From contig JBFXJJ010000011.1 of assembly GCA_050175015.1 (NCBI GenBank), positions 1-64,000 on the forward strand: a DNA stretch of 64,000 nucleotides, in the 5' to 3' direction. A program made the translations under genes and the position numbers. The notes beneath the pieces were generated by a model that was given only the letters and a program-made list of their open reading frames with translations, was not told the origin of the DNA and did no database searches. Below, piece by piece: positions 8,167-20,239 of this stretch (position 1 is the first letter of the stretch; every line of letters starts with the position of its first letter). Source of the stretch: Alphaproteobacteria bacterium. GTDB lineage: Bacteria; Pseudomonadota; Alphaproteobacteria; JBFXJJ01.

Positions 8167-9216
8167 TTAACCCTTTCTTGGTCTTTTGCCTTTTTTCAAA
8201 ATTTCTTCAAAAAAGTTTTTATATTTTTTAACGACAACTTCTTTTTTATAGTTTTGCGCAAAAGATTTATACCCATGTTCGGCAATATTTGATGCCATTT
8301 CTTTATTTGATAAAAGAAGTTTTATCGCATTTACTAACGCCGCATCGTCATCAACAGGGAATAGGATTCCATTTTTACCATTTTCAATAAGCGAAACAGG
8401 ACCCGATGCATCAGATGCAATAACTGGGAGTTTTTGCGCCCAAGCTTCAATAACAACATTTCCTAAAGGTTCGTGCCTTGAAGGACAAACAAAAATATCT
8501 GAAGCTGCATAAAAAGATGCAACATTTTCTTGCCAGCCGATAAAACGAATTCTAGGTTTTGAGCCATAATCTTTGGCTATTTCTTCTATCTTTTGGCGTA
8601 AAGGACCATCTCCTGCAATAATACAGTAAACTTCAGGAAGTTTAGCTAAAGCCTTAACCAAAACATCAAAAGCTTTGTTTTCGTGAAAACGCCCGAGAGC
8701 AAAAATTACTTTAGCGTTTTTAGGAATATACAATTTTTCCCTGCTCACAGGCTCACTTTGAGCGCCATCAACAAAGTTCGGCAGGTAATAAACTCTTTCT
8801 TTATCCCACCCGTTAGAAACAACATAATCGACAATATCTTTAGTATTTCCAACGATATAATCGCAATTTTTATAATATTTAAGATTATAAAAACCGCCCA
8901 TTCTTGCCGCCACGATAGCTTTCTTTTGGTACGGGCAAAACTTTGTTGCTCGGTTCATCCAAGTAAGAATAATATCAGGCTTAAAACGATTTATCTCGTG
9001 ATTAAACTTAAACTTAGTTGAAAAATCAAAAATCCCGCCAAAAGGTGCTTCTATCGGCATAAGTCCAGCATCTCGCATTGCTTTAATCCTGACCTCATCT
9101 GGTCTTGTTAAGATATGCTGTTGAATACCAGATTCATGCAAAGCACAAACCAGCCTAGAAAAAAAGGCTTCGGCACCGCCGTGCTCTGCCCCTGCCATTG
9201 CTTGAAGCACTCGCAA
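8167..9216 (-). CDS. Glycosyltransferase family 4 (GT-B)
   Basis: HGGAE near the N-terminus; GRFHENKAFD and PSRHEPLGNVVIEAW (EX7E) motifs. Confidence 0.85.
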   Translation of the reverse strand: MRVLQAMAGAEHGGAEAFFSRLVCALHESGIQQHILTRPDEVRIKAMRDAGLMPIEAPFGGIFDFSTKFKFNHEINRFKPDIILTWMNRATKFCPYQKKAIVAARMGGFYNLKYYKNCDYIVGNTKDIVDYVVSNGWDKERVYYLPNFVDGAQSEPVSREKLYIPKNAKVIFALGRFHENKAFDVLVKALAKLPEVYCIIAGDGPLRQKIEEIAKDYGSKPRIRFIGWQENVASFYAASDIFVCPSRHEPLGNVVIEAWAQKLPVIASDASGPVSLIENGKNGILFPVDDDAALVNAIKLLLSNKEMASNIAEHGYKSFAQNYKKEVVVKKYKNFFEEILKKGKRPRKG

Positions 9217-9298
9217 GATTACTCTCCTTAAAAAAACTTATCACTAAAACAAATATATTACTTTTTTATGAAAATTAAAATCCATCTTTTTGTTGTAA

Positions 9299-10060
9299 TT
9301 AATCTTTTTCATACTTAGCTTTAAAATAAGAAATGATTGGAAACAGCCCTGCAAAGAGAGCTATCAAAAAACCATAACCGCCTTCTTTATAACCTTTACG
9401 AAAAAAATAACACTTAATAAATCTTGAAAAAATTCTGCGAAAATTATTTAAACCTGAGCCAATATTACCGCTTTTCCTTAAATCCTTTGCTTTCGCTGTC
9501 GTATATTTATCAAGCCTTATTATCATATCAGATATATTGCGATCCATATAATGGTCTATCGCATTTTTAAGCATTGCCCCTTTTTCGCCTTTCCACGTCA
9601 AAGCTGGGTGAACATACTGTTTCCCCCAAATTTTAACTCCTTTTTTAGAAAGCCTAGGACTTGCGGCTGCCGTAAAATTGGCACCAGCACCGTATTTAAT
9701 AAGCCTTTCGCCAACATAATTATGTATAGGAATTTCGTGCCAATCAAATTTGGTTGTTTTTATGGTTGCTAATATTTCTTCTGCCAGCAAAGACGGAATA
9801 TGTTCATCGGCGTCGACTTCAAGTATCCACTCCCCAGAACACGCAGCAATTCCATCATTACGCCGATCACCTTCTATCTCCCAAGCACCATTAAGAACTT
9901 TGGCTCCAGCTTTTTTTGCAATCTCTTCACTTTTATCGGTACTGCGATCTAAAACAACAACAATCTCATCAGCAAACTGAAGCTTTTCTAAACAAGACAG
10001 AAGACGTTTTTCTTCATTTCTAGCAACAACCAATGCTGATAACAAAATCTTTTTAGTCAT
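9299..10060 (-). CDS. Glycosyltransferase family 2, LPS core (KdtX/WaaE-like)
   Basis: VARNEE, DRSTD, WILEVDADE (DxD), and the C-terminal GYKEGGYGF typical of this subfamily. Confidence 0.85.
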   Translation of the reverse strand: MTKKILLSALVVARNEEKRLLSCLEKLQFADEIVVVLDRSTDKSEEIAKKAGAKVLNGAWEIEGDRRNDGIAACSGEWILEVDADEHIPSLLAEEILATIKTTKFDWHEIPIHNYVGERLIKYGAGANFTAAASPRLSKKGVKIWGKQYVHPALTWKGEKGAMLKNAIDHYMDRNISDMIIRLDKYTTAKAKDLRKSGNIGSGLNNFRRIFSRFIKCYFFRKGYKEGGYGFLIALFAGLFPIISYFKAKYEKD

Positions 10061-11095
10061 TTAACTAAAACTCCTAACAGGTTTTTTGTGATATTTATTC
10101 CAAAGCTCCCAAGCTTTATCTTCTACCATTTCTACAGTCAAGCTATCCATTAAACTTCCCGATGTTCTATGATTAAAATTCTCAGGAAAAATCTCGGCAA
10201 AAGGCGTCTTGGTTCGAACAATAGCCGCACGATCTCCCCACGGAGCATAAAGTCTTTCATCAGTGGGTCCAAACAGCCCTAGAGTTAGAACGCCTGTTGC
10301 GGCTGCCATATGCATTAAACCAGAATCGTTGCCAATAAAGAAATCACATTTTTCAAGACAAGCACAAACCGTAAGCAAACTGGCACCACCAGCACAATCT
10401 ATCAGCCGATTGCTAGGAATTGCCTTCAACAATGGTTTTATACTGCTGCGCTCACTTTCTGCGGCGAAAACTGCGACATAAGCGTCTTCTAAAAATCCAC
10501 CTTTTCCGGTAATTTTATTAGCTATTGCAATAAAGTTTTCAATATCCCAGGTTTTTGCTTTCCAATTTGATGCTGGAGCTAAGGCCAAAACATTTTTAAC
10601 ATTATACATTCTTTTTTCGGCTGCATACCTATGGTCTTTTGCCAGCCAAATAAAAGGGTTTGGAGGTACATCTTTCATACCTATTACGCCAGCAATTTCT
10701 TCAACTCTATGCTTTTTTTCTTTAGATTTAGCTAGAGTATATCTTTTTTTTGATAATATTAGATATGAAATCAAGGATCGTCTTAAATCAACAACAATGT
10801 CCCACTTTCTAAAAACAATTTTGCGCCAAAGTTTAAACCAATGAAGAGAAAATTTTTGCTTTCTCATAACAATAACTTTTTCCAGATTCGGCACAACTGC
10901 AAATAGCGGTTCTGCAACTTCACCGCAGACAACCGTAACTTTTGCACCTTTATTTTCTGTAATTAAGTGGTTTAAAATACCTGTCGAAAGAATGGCATCG
11001 CCGATTCTTGTCGAAGTGATAAACAAGATATTCCTTGCCTTTTTCTTTTCAGGCAATTCTATATCCATTTTATTTGTGTCAATATGCTTAAACAT
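10061..11095 (-). CDS. Glycosyltransferase family 9 (ADP-heptose:LPS heptosyltransferase-like)
   Basis: RIGDA near the N-terminus and GNDSGLMHMAAA..LGLFGPT. Confidence 0.85.
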   Translation of the reverse strand: MFKHIDTNKMDIELPEKKKARNILFITSTRIGDAILSTGILNHLITENKGAKVTVVCGEVAEPLFAVVPNLEKVIVMRKQKFSLHWFKLWRKIVFRKWDIVVDLRRSLISYLILSKKRYTLAKSKEKKHRVEEIAGVIGMKDVPPNPFIWLAKDHRYAAEKRMYNVKNVLALAPASNWKAKTWDIENFIAIANKITGKGGFLEDAYVAVFAAESERSSIKPLLKAIPSNRLIDCAGGASLLTVCACLEKCDFFIGNDSGLMHMAAATGVLTLGLFGPTDERLYAPWGDRAAIVRTKTPFAEIFPENFNHRTSGSLMDSLTVEMVEDKAWELWNKYHKKPVRSFS

Positions 11096-11131
11096 AAAAG
11101 TAAGATACTATAAAGTTTTAAAATTAAAAGC

Positions 11132-11167
11132 AAAAAAGCCGAAAGTTTTTTAACTTCCGGCTTTTTT
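11132..11167 (-). terminator. Intrinsic terminator after ppdK
   Basis: AAAAAAGCCGAAAGTT-tttt-AACTTCCGGCTTTTTT hairpin with a T-run on both strands. Confidence 0.75.
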
Positions 11168-11194
11168 TATTTAGGTTTTAATCGTCTAACCTAA

Positions 11195-13891
11195 TTAGGC
11201 ATGACAACCACAGCAACCACATTTACCTTTTTTAGGGTTTTTAATTTCAGCTTGTGCTGCTGCAAGTCTTGCGATTGGAACTCTGAAAGGTGAGCAGGAA
11301 ACATAGCTGAGACCTACTTCATGACAGAATTCAACAGAAGCTGGATCGCCACCGTGTTCACCACAAATACCAAGTTTGATATTAGGACGAACTTTGCGGC
11401 CTTTTTCTGCTGCAATCTTAACGAGTTCACCAACACCTTCAACGTCGATAGATGCAAACGGGTCGGTTTCATAAATTCCTTTGTCTTTATAGAAACCAAG
11501 GAATGCACCAGCATCATCACGAGACATACCAAGTGTGGTTTGAGTTAAATCGTTAGTACCAAAGCTAAAGAATTCAGCGGTTTCAGCAATTTGATCTGCT
11601 GTTAAAGCTGCTCTTGGAAGCTCAATCATTGTTCCAACGTGATAAGTTAAGGTTGTGCCTGTTTCTTTGAAAACTTCATTAGCCATTTTAACAACAGCGT
11701 CTTTCATTAAATCAAGCTCTTTCTTTTTACCTACGAGAGGAATCATAACTTCTGGTTCAACGGTTTCACCTGTTGTTTTTGAAACTTCTACTGCAGCTTC
11801 AAAAATAGCTCTTGCCTGCATTTCATAAATTTCAGGATAGGTTACACCTAAACGGCAACCACGATGACCAAGCATTGGGTTTGCTTCGTGAAGTTCATGG
11901 TTTCTAGCTTTAACGAGATCAACATCTACGCCCAATTCTTTTGCAATCTCTTTAATCTCTTCTTCCTTGTGAGGTAAGAATTCATGAAGAGGTGGATCTA
12001 AAAGACGAATGGTAACAGGAAGACCTTTCATAATTGTGAAAAGATCTACGAAGTCTTGTTTTTGGAAAGGAAGAAGTTTAGCTAAAGCTTTTCTTCTGCC
12101 ATCTTCATCTTTTGCAAGAATCATCTGACGCATACTTGAAATACGTTTTGGATCAAAGAACATATGTTCTGTTCTGCAAAGACCAATACCTTCAGCACCA
12201 AACTGTCTAGCTTGTTCAGCATCAGCAGGAGTTTCAGCATTGGTTCTAACTTTAAGCTTGCGGATTTCATCAACCCAGCCCATAAGTTCGCCAAAATTGC
12301 CTGTCATTTCAGGTTGTTTCATAGCAACAGCACCTTTAATAACTTCACCTGTGGAACCATCAAGAGTTACAATTTCACCTTCTTTAATGGTAGCGCCGCC
12401 AACTGTAAAACTTTTAGCGGTATAATCAATTTTTAATTCGCCAACACCAGATACGCAAGGTTTGCCCATACCACGAGCAACCACAGCAGCGTGAGAAGTC
12501 ATACCGCCGCGAGCTGTCAAAATACCTTCTGCAACATGCATACCACTAATATCTTCTGGGCTTGTTTCAACACGAACTAAAACAACTTTTTCGCCTCTAG
12601 CAACCCAAGCTTCAGCATCGTCAGCACTAAAAACAGCCTTGCCGCAAGCCGCACCTGGGGAAGCTGGGAGGCCTTTAGCAATAACTTCTTTTTTGGCTTT
12701 TGGATCTAAAGTTGGGTGCAGAAGCTGATCCAATGAAGATGGATCTAAACGTAGAACAGCTGTATTTTTATCAATTAAGCCTTCATTAGCCATATCAACA
12801 GCAATTTTTAATGCTGCAGCGGCTGTTCTTTTTCCGTTACGGGTTTGGAGCATCCAAAGTTTGTTGTGTTCAATGGTGAATTCCATATCCTGCATATCAT
12901 GATAATGTTTTTCTAATTTTTCTCTAATATCACAAAGTTCTTTGTAAAGAGCAGGCATTTCTTCTTCTAAGCAAGGAAGATCTGTTTTTGCTTTGGCTTT
13001 TGCTTCTTTAGACATAGGTTGTGGAGTTCTAATACCAGCAACAACGTCTTCACCTTGAGCATTTTTAAGATATTCACCGTAATAAGCATTTTCACCTGTT
13101 GCAGGATCTCTTGAGAAGCAAACACCAGTTGCACAGTCATCACCAGCATTACCGAAAACCATTGCTTGAACGTTAACTGCTGTACCCCAGCCTTCTGGAA
13201 TATTATTAAGTTTACGATAAGTAATCGCACGTTTTACCATCCAAGACTTGAACACAGCGCCTACGCCACCCCAAAGTTGTTCAACAGGATTTTGAGGAAC
13301 TACTTTACCTTGTTTAGCACCAATTTCTTTATATTCAGCAACTAATTCTTTTAAATCTTCTGCTTTTAACTGGTTGTCTGTTTTGCAGCCTTTTTTCTCT
13401 TTCATTTTTTCAAGAGCATGTTCAAATTCATCAATGTCTGCTTCTAAAACAACATCTGAATACATTTGAATAAAACGACGATAGCTGTCATAAGCAAAAC
13501 GTTCATCATTCGCTACTTTAGCAAGGCCTTTTACGGTTTCATCAGTAAGACCTAAATTAAGAACGGTGTCCATCATACCTGGCATTGAAACTCTAGCACC
13601 AGAACGAACAGAAAACAGCAATGGATTACTTACATCGCCAAATTTTTTGTTCATTGTTTTTTCAACACTAGCCAAAGCTTCTTTTACTTGTTGTTCTAAT
13701 TCACTAGGATATGTATTACCATTTTCATAAAAATATGTACAAACTTCAGTGGTGATTGTGAATCCTGGAGGCACTGGAACTCCTACCAAATTCATCTCAG
13801 CAAGGTTTGCACCTTTACCACCGAGAAGATTTTTCATATCCGCTTTTCCCTCAGCTTTGCCATTACCAAAAGAATATACCCATTTACTCAT
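11195..13891 (-). CDS. ppdK: Pyruvate, phosphate dikinase with an extra C-terminal Cys-rich tail
   Basis: [12 protein letters not shown], the phospho-His motif [25 protein letters not shown] and GICGEHGG. Start placed at the ATG of MSKWVYSF, just downstream of the glyS stop. Confidence 0.97.
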   Translation of the reverse strand: MSKWVYSFGNGKAEGKADMKNLLGGKGANLAEMNLVGVPVPPGFTITTEVCTYFYENGNTYPSELEQQVKEALASVEKTMNKKFGDVSNPLLFSVRSGARVSMPGMMDTVLNLGLTDETVKGLAKVANDERFAYDSYRRFIQMYSDVVLEADIDEFEHALEKMKEKKGCKTDNQLKAEDLKELVAEYKEIGAKQGKVVPQNPVEQLWGGVGAVFKSWMVKRAITYRKLNNIPEGWGTAVNVQAMVFGNAGDDCATGVCFSRDPATGENAYYGEYLKNAQGEDVVAGIRTPQPMSKEAKAKAKTDLPCLEEEMPALYKELCDIREKLEKHYHDMQDMEFTIEHNKLWMLQTRNGKRTAAAALKIAVDMANEGLIDKNTAVLRLDPSSLDQLLHPTLDPKAKKEVIAKGLPASPGAACGKAVFSADDAEAWVARGEKVVLVRVETSPEDISGMHVAEGILTARGGMTSHAAVVARGMGKPCVSGVGELKIDYTAKSFTVGGATIKEGEIVTLDGSTGEVIKGAVAMKQPEMTGNFGELMGWVDEIRKLKVRTNAETPADAEQARQFGAEGIGLCRTEHMFFDPKRISSMRQMILAKDEDGRRKALAKLLPFQKQDFVDLFTIMKGLPVTIRLLDPPLHEFLPHKEEEIKEIAKELGVDVDLVKARNHELHEANPMLGHRGCRLGVTYPEIYEMQARAIFEAAVEVSKTTGETVEPEVMIPLVGKKKELDLMKDAVVKMANEVFKETGTTLTYHVGTMIELPRAALTADQIAETAEFFSFGTNDLTQTTLGMSRDDAGAFLGFYKDKGIYETDPFASIDVEGVGELVKIAAEKGRKVRPNIKLGICGEHGGDPASVEFCHEVGLSYVSCSPFRVPIARLAAAQAEIKNPKKGKCGCCGCHA

Positions 13892-13895
13892 TATT

Positions 13896-16019
13896 TTATC
13901 GTCCTTCACTTGTTTCTATTTTTGAAAAATCAGCCACTTTGCCCATAACATTACCGATATAAGAAAGCAGCTTTAAACGATTGCTGCGATGATTTTTGTC
14001 ATCACAATTTACAGTCACACGCTCAAAAAAATTATCTACAGGCTTTCTTAAATCTGCAAGAATGACCATTGCATCTTCGAACAACTCTTTATCCAATTTT
14101 TTTTCGCTCTCGTCCATAACTTTTAATAAACTATCAAAAAGATTTTTTTCTTCTTCTTGAACAAACAATGTCTTTTCAGGCATTGCTTCATAATTCGTTT
14201 TATCCTTTTTTTCTTCTATGCGTACAATATTAGCTGCACGTCTAAATGCTGTTAATAAATTTAGGCCATCATCAGTTTTTAAGAAGTTATCTAAGGCCTT
14301 AACTCTAGCTATTAATCTCATCAAATCATCTTCGATACCTTTTTGAGATGAGAAAACTGCCGAAATTAAATCGTGAGAGACTCCCTTTTCCTTCAAATAG
14401 ACTTTCAATCTATCAGCAAAAAATACAATTAAATCATTCCGTTGATTTAAGACATAATCTTGCCCCTTTTCATTTAGTATATCAGGAATGATTCCGCAAG
14501 ACCTATCGATATAAAGTTTTTGAGAAAATGCAAAAATTTCTGCCAAAGAAAGTTTTAACTGATTTTCTAAAACAAGTCTGATTACGCCCAAACAAGCCCT
14601 GCGCAGAGCAAACGGATCTTTGGAACCTGTTGGTTTCATATCAGCTAGCCAAAAACCATTTAGCATATCTATTTTATCTGCCAATGCTACCGCCACACTA
14701 ACCGAAGATTTAGGGCAACTATCACTTGGTCCCAAAGGAGAGTAATGCTCAGCTATTGCCTCAGCAACTTCTCTGGCTTCACCATCATTTTCAGCATAAT
14801 ACTGCCCCATTCGTCCTTGTAACTCTGGAAATTCACCAACCATTCCCGTTGTTAAATCAGCTTTGCATAACAGTGCTGCCCTTTTTACTAAAGAACAATC
14901 TGCCCCTTTTATATGTTTTGCAATTTCTTCCGCTAGGCTTACGATTCTATCAACTCTTTCTTTGTCTGTTCCAAGATTGGCGTGGAATACTCTCGCCGAC
15001 AATTTTGCGACTCTGGATTCAAGTTTTACTTTTTTATCCTGTTCAAAGAAAAAGTCGGCATCAGACAACCTTGCTCTTAAAACTCTTTCATTTCCTGCAA
15101 CAATAGCTTTCCCATTGTCTTCCGTTACCATATTAGAAACAACAACGAAATATGGAGCAAGAGAACCATCTTTATTATTAAGAGAAAAATATTTTTGGTG
15201 CTTGCCCATAGAAGAAATCAAAACCTCTTTTGGAACTCTCATAAATTTATTATCTATGCTGCCCATAAGAACGTTAGGATATTCAACAAGTCCCGCAACT
15301 TCTTCTAAAAGCTTTAAGTCTTCATCAAAAACCAGCCCTTTTTCAGCAGCTAATTCCTTTACTCTTTTTAAAATGATGCTCTTTCTTTCTTCTCTATCCA
15401 AAATTACAAATCTCTTTGCCAACTTATCTTGATAATCAGCAAAACTTTTAACTTCGAATGGCTCTGGAGCTAAGAAACGATGTCCCATACTTTGATTGCC
15501 AGTTTTAACTCCTGCAAACTCAAAATCAATAACATCACCGCCGAACAAACAAACAATTCCGTGTAATGGACGCACCCATCTAGTTTTGCCTTCACCCCAG
15601 CGCATAGACTTTGGCCAAGGGAAATTCGCTAAAACTCCTGTTATAACCTCTTTTAAAATCTCGGCTGTCAACCGCCCTTTTTTCTCAATTACAGCATAGA
15701 AAAAATCACCTTTAGGGGTATTTCTAACTTCCAAATCTTTGGTTTCTATCCCATTCGCCTTGCAGAAACCTTCGACTGCAGCCTGAGGAGCATCAGCTCT
15801 AGGGCCTCTTCTTTCCTCACTGACATCTTCTTGCTTTTCATGAAGATTATTAACCGCAAGCACGATTCTTCTAGGTGTTACCAATGATTTAGCTTCACCA
15901 TAAGTTACGCCATTTTCATTAAGCCCTTTTAAAATCATCGTTTCTAAATTTGTTGAAGCTTCAAGCTGCATTCTAGCTGGAATTTCCTCAGAAAATATTT
16001 CTATAAAAAACTCTCTCAT
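13896..16019 (-). CDS. glyS: Glycine-tRNA ligase beta subunit
   Basis: [27 protein letters not shown] and [12 protein letters not shown] motifs; follows glyQ. Confidence 0.96.
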   Translation of the reverse strand: MREFFIEIFSEEIPARMQLEASTNLETMILKGLNENGVTYGEAKSLVTPRRIVLAVNNLHEKQEDVSEERRGPRADAPQAAVEGFCKANGIETKDLEVRNTPKGDFFYAVIEKKGRLTAEILKEVITGVLANFPWPKSMRWGEGKTRWVRPLHGIVCLFGGDVIDFEFAGVKTGNQSMGHRFLAPEPFEVKSFADYQDKLAKRFVILDREERKSIILKRVKELAAEKGLVFDEDLKLLEEVAGLVEYPNVLMGSIDNKFMRVPKEVLISSMGKHQKYFSLNNKDGSLAPYFVVVSNMVTEDNGKAIVAGNERVLRARLSDADFFFEQDKKVKLESRVAKLSARVFHANLGTDKERVDRIVSLAEEIAKHIKGADCSLVKRAALLCKADLTTGMVGEFPELQGRMGQYYAENDGEAREVAEAIAEHYSPLGPSDSCPKSSVSVAVALADKIDMLNGFWLADMKPTGSKDPFALRRACLGVIRLVLENQLKLSLAEIFAFSQKLYIDRSCGIIPDILNEKGQDYVLNQRNDLIVFFADRLKVYLKEKGVSHDLISAVFSSQKGIEDDLMRLIARVKALDNFLKTDDGLNLLTAFRRAANIVRIEEKKDKTNYEAMPEKTLFVQEEEKNLFDSLLKVMDESEKKLDKELFEDAMVILADLRKPVDNFFERVTVNCDDKNHRSNRLKLLSYIGNVMGKVADFSKIETSEGR

Positions 16020-16900
16020 TTAACTTCTCCTGCAATATTTTCTCGGCTTTTAATCCAGCCCTCACAACAATCTTTAGCTAAAGCTCTAACTCTTCCAATA
16101 TAAGAAGCTCTTTCTGTTACGCTTATAACACCTCTAGCATCAAGCAGATTAAACAAATGCGAGGCTTTTATGCACTGGTCATATGCAGGAAGAGCAACGC
16201 CTTTTCCCAAAAGATTCTGGCATTCTTTTTCCGCATCAGAAAAGTGTTTAAATAATAATTCCGTATCAGCATATTCAAAATTATATGCAGAGTATTCTCT
16301 TTCATTCTGCAAGAAAACATCACCATATTTAACCCCCTCGCCATTAAAGTCGAGGTCATAAACGTTTTCAACCCCTTGAATATACATTGCCAATCGCTCT
16401 AAGCCATAAGTCAACTCGGCACAAACAGGACTGCATTCAAAGCCACCTACTTGTTGAAAATAGGTAAACTGGGTAACTTCCATACCATCACACCAAACTT
16501 CCCAGCCTAGCCCCCAAGCCCCAAGAGTTGGGCTTTCCCAATCGTCTTCAACAAATCTAATATCGTGTTTTAATGGGTCTATGCCTAAATGTTTCAGACT
16601 TTCTAAATAGAGTTCTTGAGAGTTTTCTGGTGATGGTTTCAAAATTACCTGAAATTGATAATAATGCTGTAAACGGTTAGGATTTTCACCATATCTGCCA
16701 TCGCAGGGACGTCTTGACGGTTGAACATAGGCAGCTTTCCAGGCATCTTTGCCTAAAGATCTTAATGTTGTTGCGGGGTGAAACGTTCCTGCTCCAACCT
16801 CCATATCATACGGCTGAAGAATAACACAGCCCTTATCCGCCCAAAACTGCTGTAAAGACAAGATAAGCGACTGAAAACTTTTTGATTTTGAATGAGACAT
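16016..16900 (-). CDS. glyQ: Glycine-tRNA ligase alpha subunit
   Basis: [30 protein letters not shown] and [10 protein letters not shown] motifs. Confidence 0.97.
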   Translation of the reverse strand: MSHSKSKSFQSLILSLQQFWADKGCVILQPYDMEVGAGTFHPATTLRSLGKDAWKAAYVQPSRRPCDGRYGENPNRLQHYYQFQVILKPSPENSQELYLESLKHLGIDPLKHDIRFVEDDWESPTLGAWGLGWEVWCDGMEVTQFTYFQQVGGFECSPVCAELTYGLERLAMYIQGVENVYDLDFNGEGVKYGDVFLQNEREYSAYNFEYADTELLFKHFSDAEKECQNLLGKGVALPAYDQCIKASHLFNLLDARGVISVTERASYIGRVRALAKDCCEGWIKSRENIAGEVK

Positions 16901-16906
16901 AACTTT

Positions 16907-18265
16907 TTAACAATTTTCTGAAATGATTGAAACAATATGATTAGCTATTTGGTTAACTTGCTGCTCGTCTTCGGCTTCGGTCATAACTCTTACCAAAGGT
17001 TCGGTTCCCGATGTTCTTATGAGAATTCTGCCATTGTCAGCAAGTTCTTTTTCTGCTTCTGCAATACTTTTCTTAACATTATCTAAGGCGAGAACTTCAC
17101 TTGCTTTTTCTCGCGTCTCGAACCTGATATTTTTGAGAACCTGAGGAAATGGCGCAAACATATTAGTAAGCTCACTTACAGGTCTATCTTTGCCCGATAA
17201 GGCAGCACAAACTTGAAGAGCAGCCATTAAGCCATCTCCCGTTGTAGCATAATCTGAAAGAATAATATGACCAGACTGTTCGCCGCCAAGATTGTAGCCG
17301 CTCTTAAGCATCTCTTCGACCACATAGCGATCACCAACAGCCGTTCTAACCAAGCTTAGTCCTTTTTCAGCAAGAAAGCGTTCTAAGCCCATATTAGACA
17401 TAACCGTTGCCACAACAGCACCGCCTTTAAGCTGGTTTTTCTGCTGCAAATGGTTGGCAATCAGAGCTAGAATCTGGTCGCCATCTATTACTTTACCATT
17501 TTCATCTGAAATAATAACTCTATCGGCATCACCATCAAGAGCAATACCAAAATCAGCGCCGTGTTTGACAACTTCTTCACACATAAAACTAGGAGCTGTA
17601 GCACCACAGCCTCGGTTAATATTTTTACCATCAGGATTTACGCCGACCTTAACAACTTCGGCTCCAAGTTCCCACAAAACTGTAGGCGCAACCTTATATG
17701 ATGCTCCATTAGCACAATCTAAAACAATCTTCAAACCGTCCAATCTTAAATCACTGGGAAAGCTTCTTTTAACATATTCAATATAGCGCCCGACAGCATC
17801 ATCAAGTCTTTTTGCTTGTCCTATTTTATCCGATGGCGCAAAAGTTTTATCTAAATGATTTTCAATTAGATCCTCTATCTCAAGCTCAATGTCATCAGAC
17901 AGCTTATACCCATTAGGACCAAATATTTTTATGCCATTGTCTTCAAAAGGATTATGTGAAGCCGAAATCATAACACCGATATCAGCCCGCATTGATACGG
18001 TTAACATTGCAACAGCTGGGGTCGGTAAAGGACCAAGCAGCAAAACGTCCATTCCTGCTGATGTAAAGCCTGCCATTAGAGCAGCTTCAATCATATACCC
18101 TGAAAGCCTAGTATCTTTACCAATAACAACTCTATGTTTATGCTCACCTCTCGTGAACATTTTGCCAGTTGCCTGCCCTATTTTAAGAGCAACTTCAGCA
18201 GTCATCGGCCAAGTGTTGGCATGCCCTCTAACGCCATCTGTACCAAATAATTTTCTTACACTCAT
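16907..18265 (-). CDS. glmM: Phosphoglucosamine mutase
   Basis: FGTDGVRG, phospho-Ser motif ISASHNP, DGDADR, GGEQSGH and SGTEPLVRV. Confidence 0.96.
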   Translation of the reverse strand: MSVRKLFGTDGVRGHANTWPMTAEVALKIGQATGKMFTRGEHKHRVVIGKDTRLSGYMIEAALMAGFTSAGMDVLLLGPLPTPAVAMLTVSMRADIGVMISASHNPFEDNGIKIFGPNGYKLSDDIELEIEDLIENHLDKTFAPSDKIGQAKRLDDAVGRYIEYVKRSFPSDLRLDGLKIVLDCANGASYKVAPTVLWELGAEVVKVGVNPDGKNINRGCGATAPSFMCEEVVKHGADFGIALDGDADRVIISDENGKVIDGDQILALIANHLQQKNQLKGGAVVATVMSNMGLERFLAEKGLSLVRTAVGDRYVVEEMLKSGYNLGGEQSGHIILSDYATTGDGLMAALQVCAALSGKDRPVSELTNMFAPFPQVLKNIRFETREKASEVLALDNVKKSIAEAEKELADNGRILIRTSGTEPLVRVMTEAEDEQQVNQIANHIVSIISENC

Positions 18266-18271
18266 AATTAT

Positions 18272-20215
18272 CTACTCTTCGTTATTCTCAGGCTCGCTTT
18301 TTTGATCATTATCAGGACTTTCATCTACGGAAACATCTTCAACGTTTTCTGCCTCTTCTGTAGTTGGAACTGATGCTCTTATTCCTGTTTTAGGCTTATC
18401 ATCTTTGCGCTCTATTTTTTCGCCGTTAATAATAGCTTTTATTTCGTCCCCTGTTAAGGTTTCAAACTCAATTAAAGCTTCGGCAATGTTTATTAGCTTT
18501 TCCTTATGTTCACTAATAATTTCTTTGGCTCTATTGAAGCCCTCATCAACAAAACTTTTAATCTCGTTATCAACTTTCTTTGCTGTTTCATCAGATATAT
18601 TCTTACGCTGTGTAACAGTATGCCCCAAAAAGACTTCACCATCTGGCTCATCATAAGCCATAGCACCAAGTTCTTCACTAAAGCCCCACTCAGTAACCAT
18701 ACTGCGTGCCAGCTTAGTTGCATGAGAAATATCTGAAGATGCGCCATTAGTAATACTGTCTTTTCCAAAAACAACTTCTTCCGCTATTCTTCCGCCCATA
18801 AGAATTACTAAACGTGATTTTAATTTACGTTTTGAATAAGACAAATGGTCTTTTTCTGGAAGTTGTTGAACCATACCCAAAGCTCTTCCTCTAGGGATAA
18901 TAGTTGCCTTGTGAATAGGATCGGCTTCTTCAACATACATTGAACAAAGAGCGTGTCCTGCTTCGTGATAAGCAGTGAGCTTTTTCTCAGCTTCGTCCAT
19001 CATCATCGAACGCCTTTCAGCACCCATCATTACTTTATCTTTAGCGTAATCAAATTCTTTCATTGTTACCAAGCGCTTGTTGCGTCTTGCCGCTAAAAGC
19101 GCAGCTTCATTAACAAGATTGGCTAAATCGGCACCAGAAAAACCAGGAGTTCCCCTAGCTATAACCGAAACATCAACATCGGGAGCTATTGGAACTTTTT
19201 TAATATGAACTTTTAAAATTTGTTCTCTGCCGCTTAAATCTGGATTAGGAACCGTTACCTGACGGTCAAAACGTCCAGGGCGCAAAAGAGCTGGATCCAA
19301 AACATCTGGCCTATTGGTCGCAGCAACAATAATAACACCTTCGTTAGTTTCAAAACCGTCCATCTCTACCAAAAGCTGGTTTAAAGTCTGTTCTCTTTCA
19401 TCATTGCCGCCGCCAAGTCCTGCTCCACGATGACGTCCAACCGCATCAATTTCATCAATAAAAATTAAGCACGGAGCATTCTTTTTGCCTTGTTCAAACA
19501 TATCTCGAACACGGCTGGCACCAACACCCACAAACATTTCAACAAAGTCGGAACCTGAAATCGAAAAAAATGGAACCTTGGCTTCACCAGCAACCGCTTT
19601 AGCAAGCAAGGTTTTACCTGTACCTGGAGGACCGACTAGTAAAACACCTTTTGGTATTTTACCACCCAGTCTTTGAAACTTTGATGGATCTTTTAAGTAA
19701 TCGATAATTTCTTCTAAATCTTCTTTGGCTTCATCAATTCCTGCAACGTTTTCAAAGGTAACCTTTTCACTGCCTTCGCCTAAGAGCCTAGCCTTGGACT
19801 TGCCAAAACTCATTGCTTTGCCATTGCCTGCGCTCATCTGGCGCATAAAGAATATCCAAACACCTATCAGAAGAATCATAGGGAACCAAGAAATAACAAT
19901 GTTCCAAAAAGTTGAACCGCCGTCATCAAGAGGCATTGCGGTAACTTTTACATTGTTTTTTCTTAATACTGGCACTAATTCGGGGTCGTATGGAGTATAG
20001 GTATTAAAACTTGTCCCATCTGCCATAATGCCGTTAACCGAAGCTCCTTTGATTACAACTTCTCGGACATAACCCTGTTCTGCTTTATCCATAAAATCAG
20101 AAAACGCAACCTTAGAACTGCGTGTGCTGACACTGGTTTCATTAAAAGCATTAAACAATGCTATCAGGGTTACGGCGACCAAAATCCAAATTAGAAAGCT
20201 CTTACTAGAGTTCAC
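18272..20215 (-). CDS. ftsH: ATP-dependent zinc metalloprotease FtsH
   Basis: Two TM helices, Walker [15 protein letters not shown], second region of homology, and HEAGH zinc motif. Confidence 0.97.
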   Translation of the reverse strand: MNSSKSFLIWILVAVTLIALFNAFNETSVSTRSSKVAFSDFMDKAEQGYVREVVIKGASVNGIMADGTSFNTYTPYDPELVPVLRKNNVKVTAMPLDDGGSTFWNIVISWFPMILLIGVWIFFMRQMSAGNGKAMSFGKSKARLLGEGSEKVTFENVAGIDEAKEDLEEIIDYLKDPSKFQRLGGKIPKGVLLVGPPGTGKTLLAKAVAGEAKVPFFSISGSDFVEMFVGVGASRVRDMFEQGKKNAPCLIFIDEIDAVGRHRGAGLGGGNDEREQTLNQLLVEMDGFETNEGVIIVAATNRPDVLDPALLRPGRFDRQVTVPNPDLSGREQILKVHIKKVPIAPDVDVSVIARGTPGFSGADLANLVNEAALLAARRNKRLVTMKEFDYAKDKVMMGAERRSMMMDEAEKKLTAYHEAGHALCSMYVEEADPIHKATIIPRGRALGMVQQLPEKDHLSYSKRKLKSRLVILMGGRIAEEVVFGKDSITNGASSDISHATKLARSMVTEWGFSEELGAMAYDEPDGEVFLGHTVTQRKNISDETAKKVDNEIKSFVDEGFNRAKEIISEHKEKLINIAEALIEFETLTGDEIKAIINGEKIERKDDKPKTGIRASVPTTEEAENVEDVSVDESPDNDQKSEPENNEE

Positions 20216-20239
20216 TTTTATTTTCCTTATTTTACAAAA

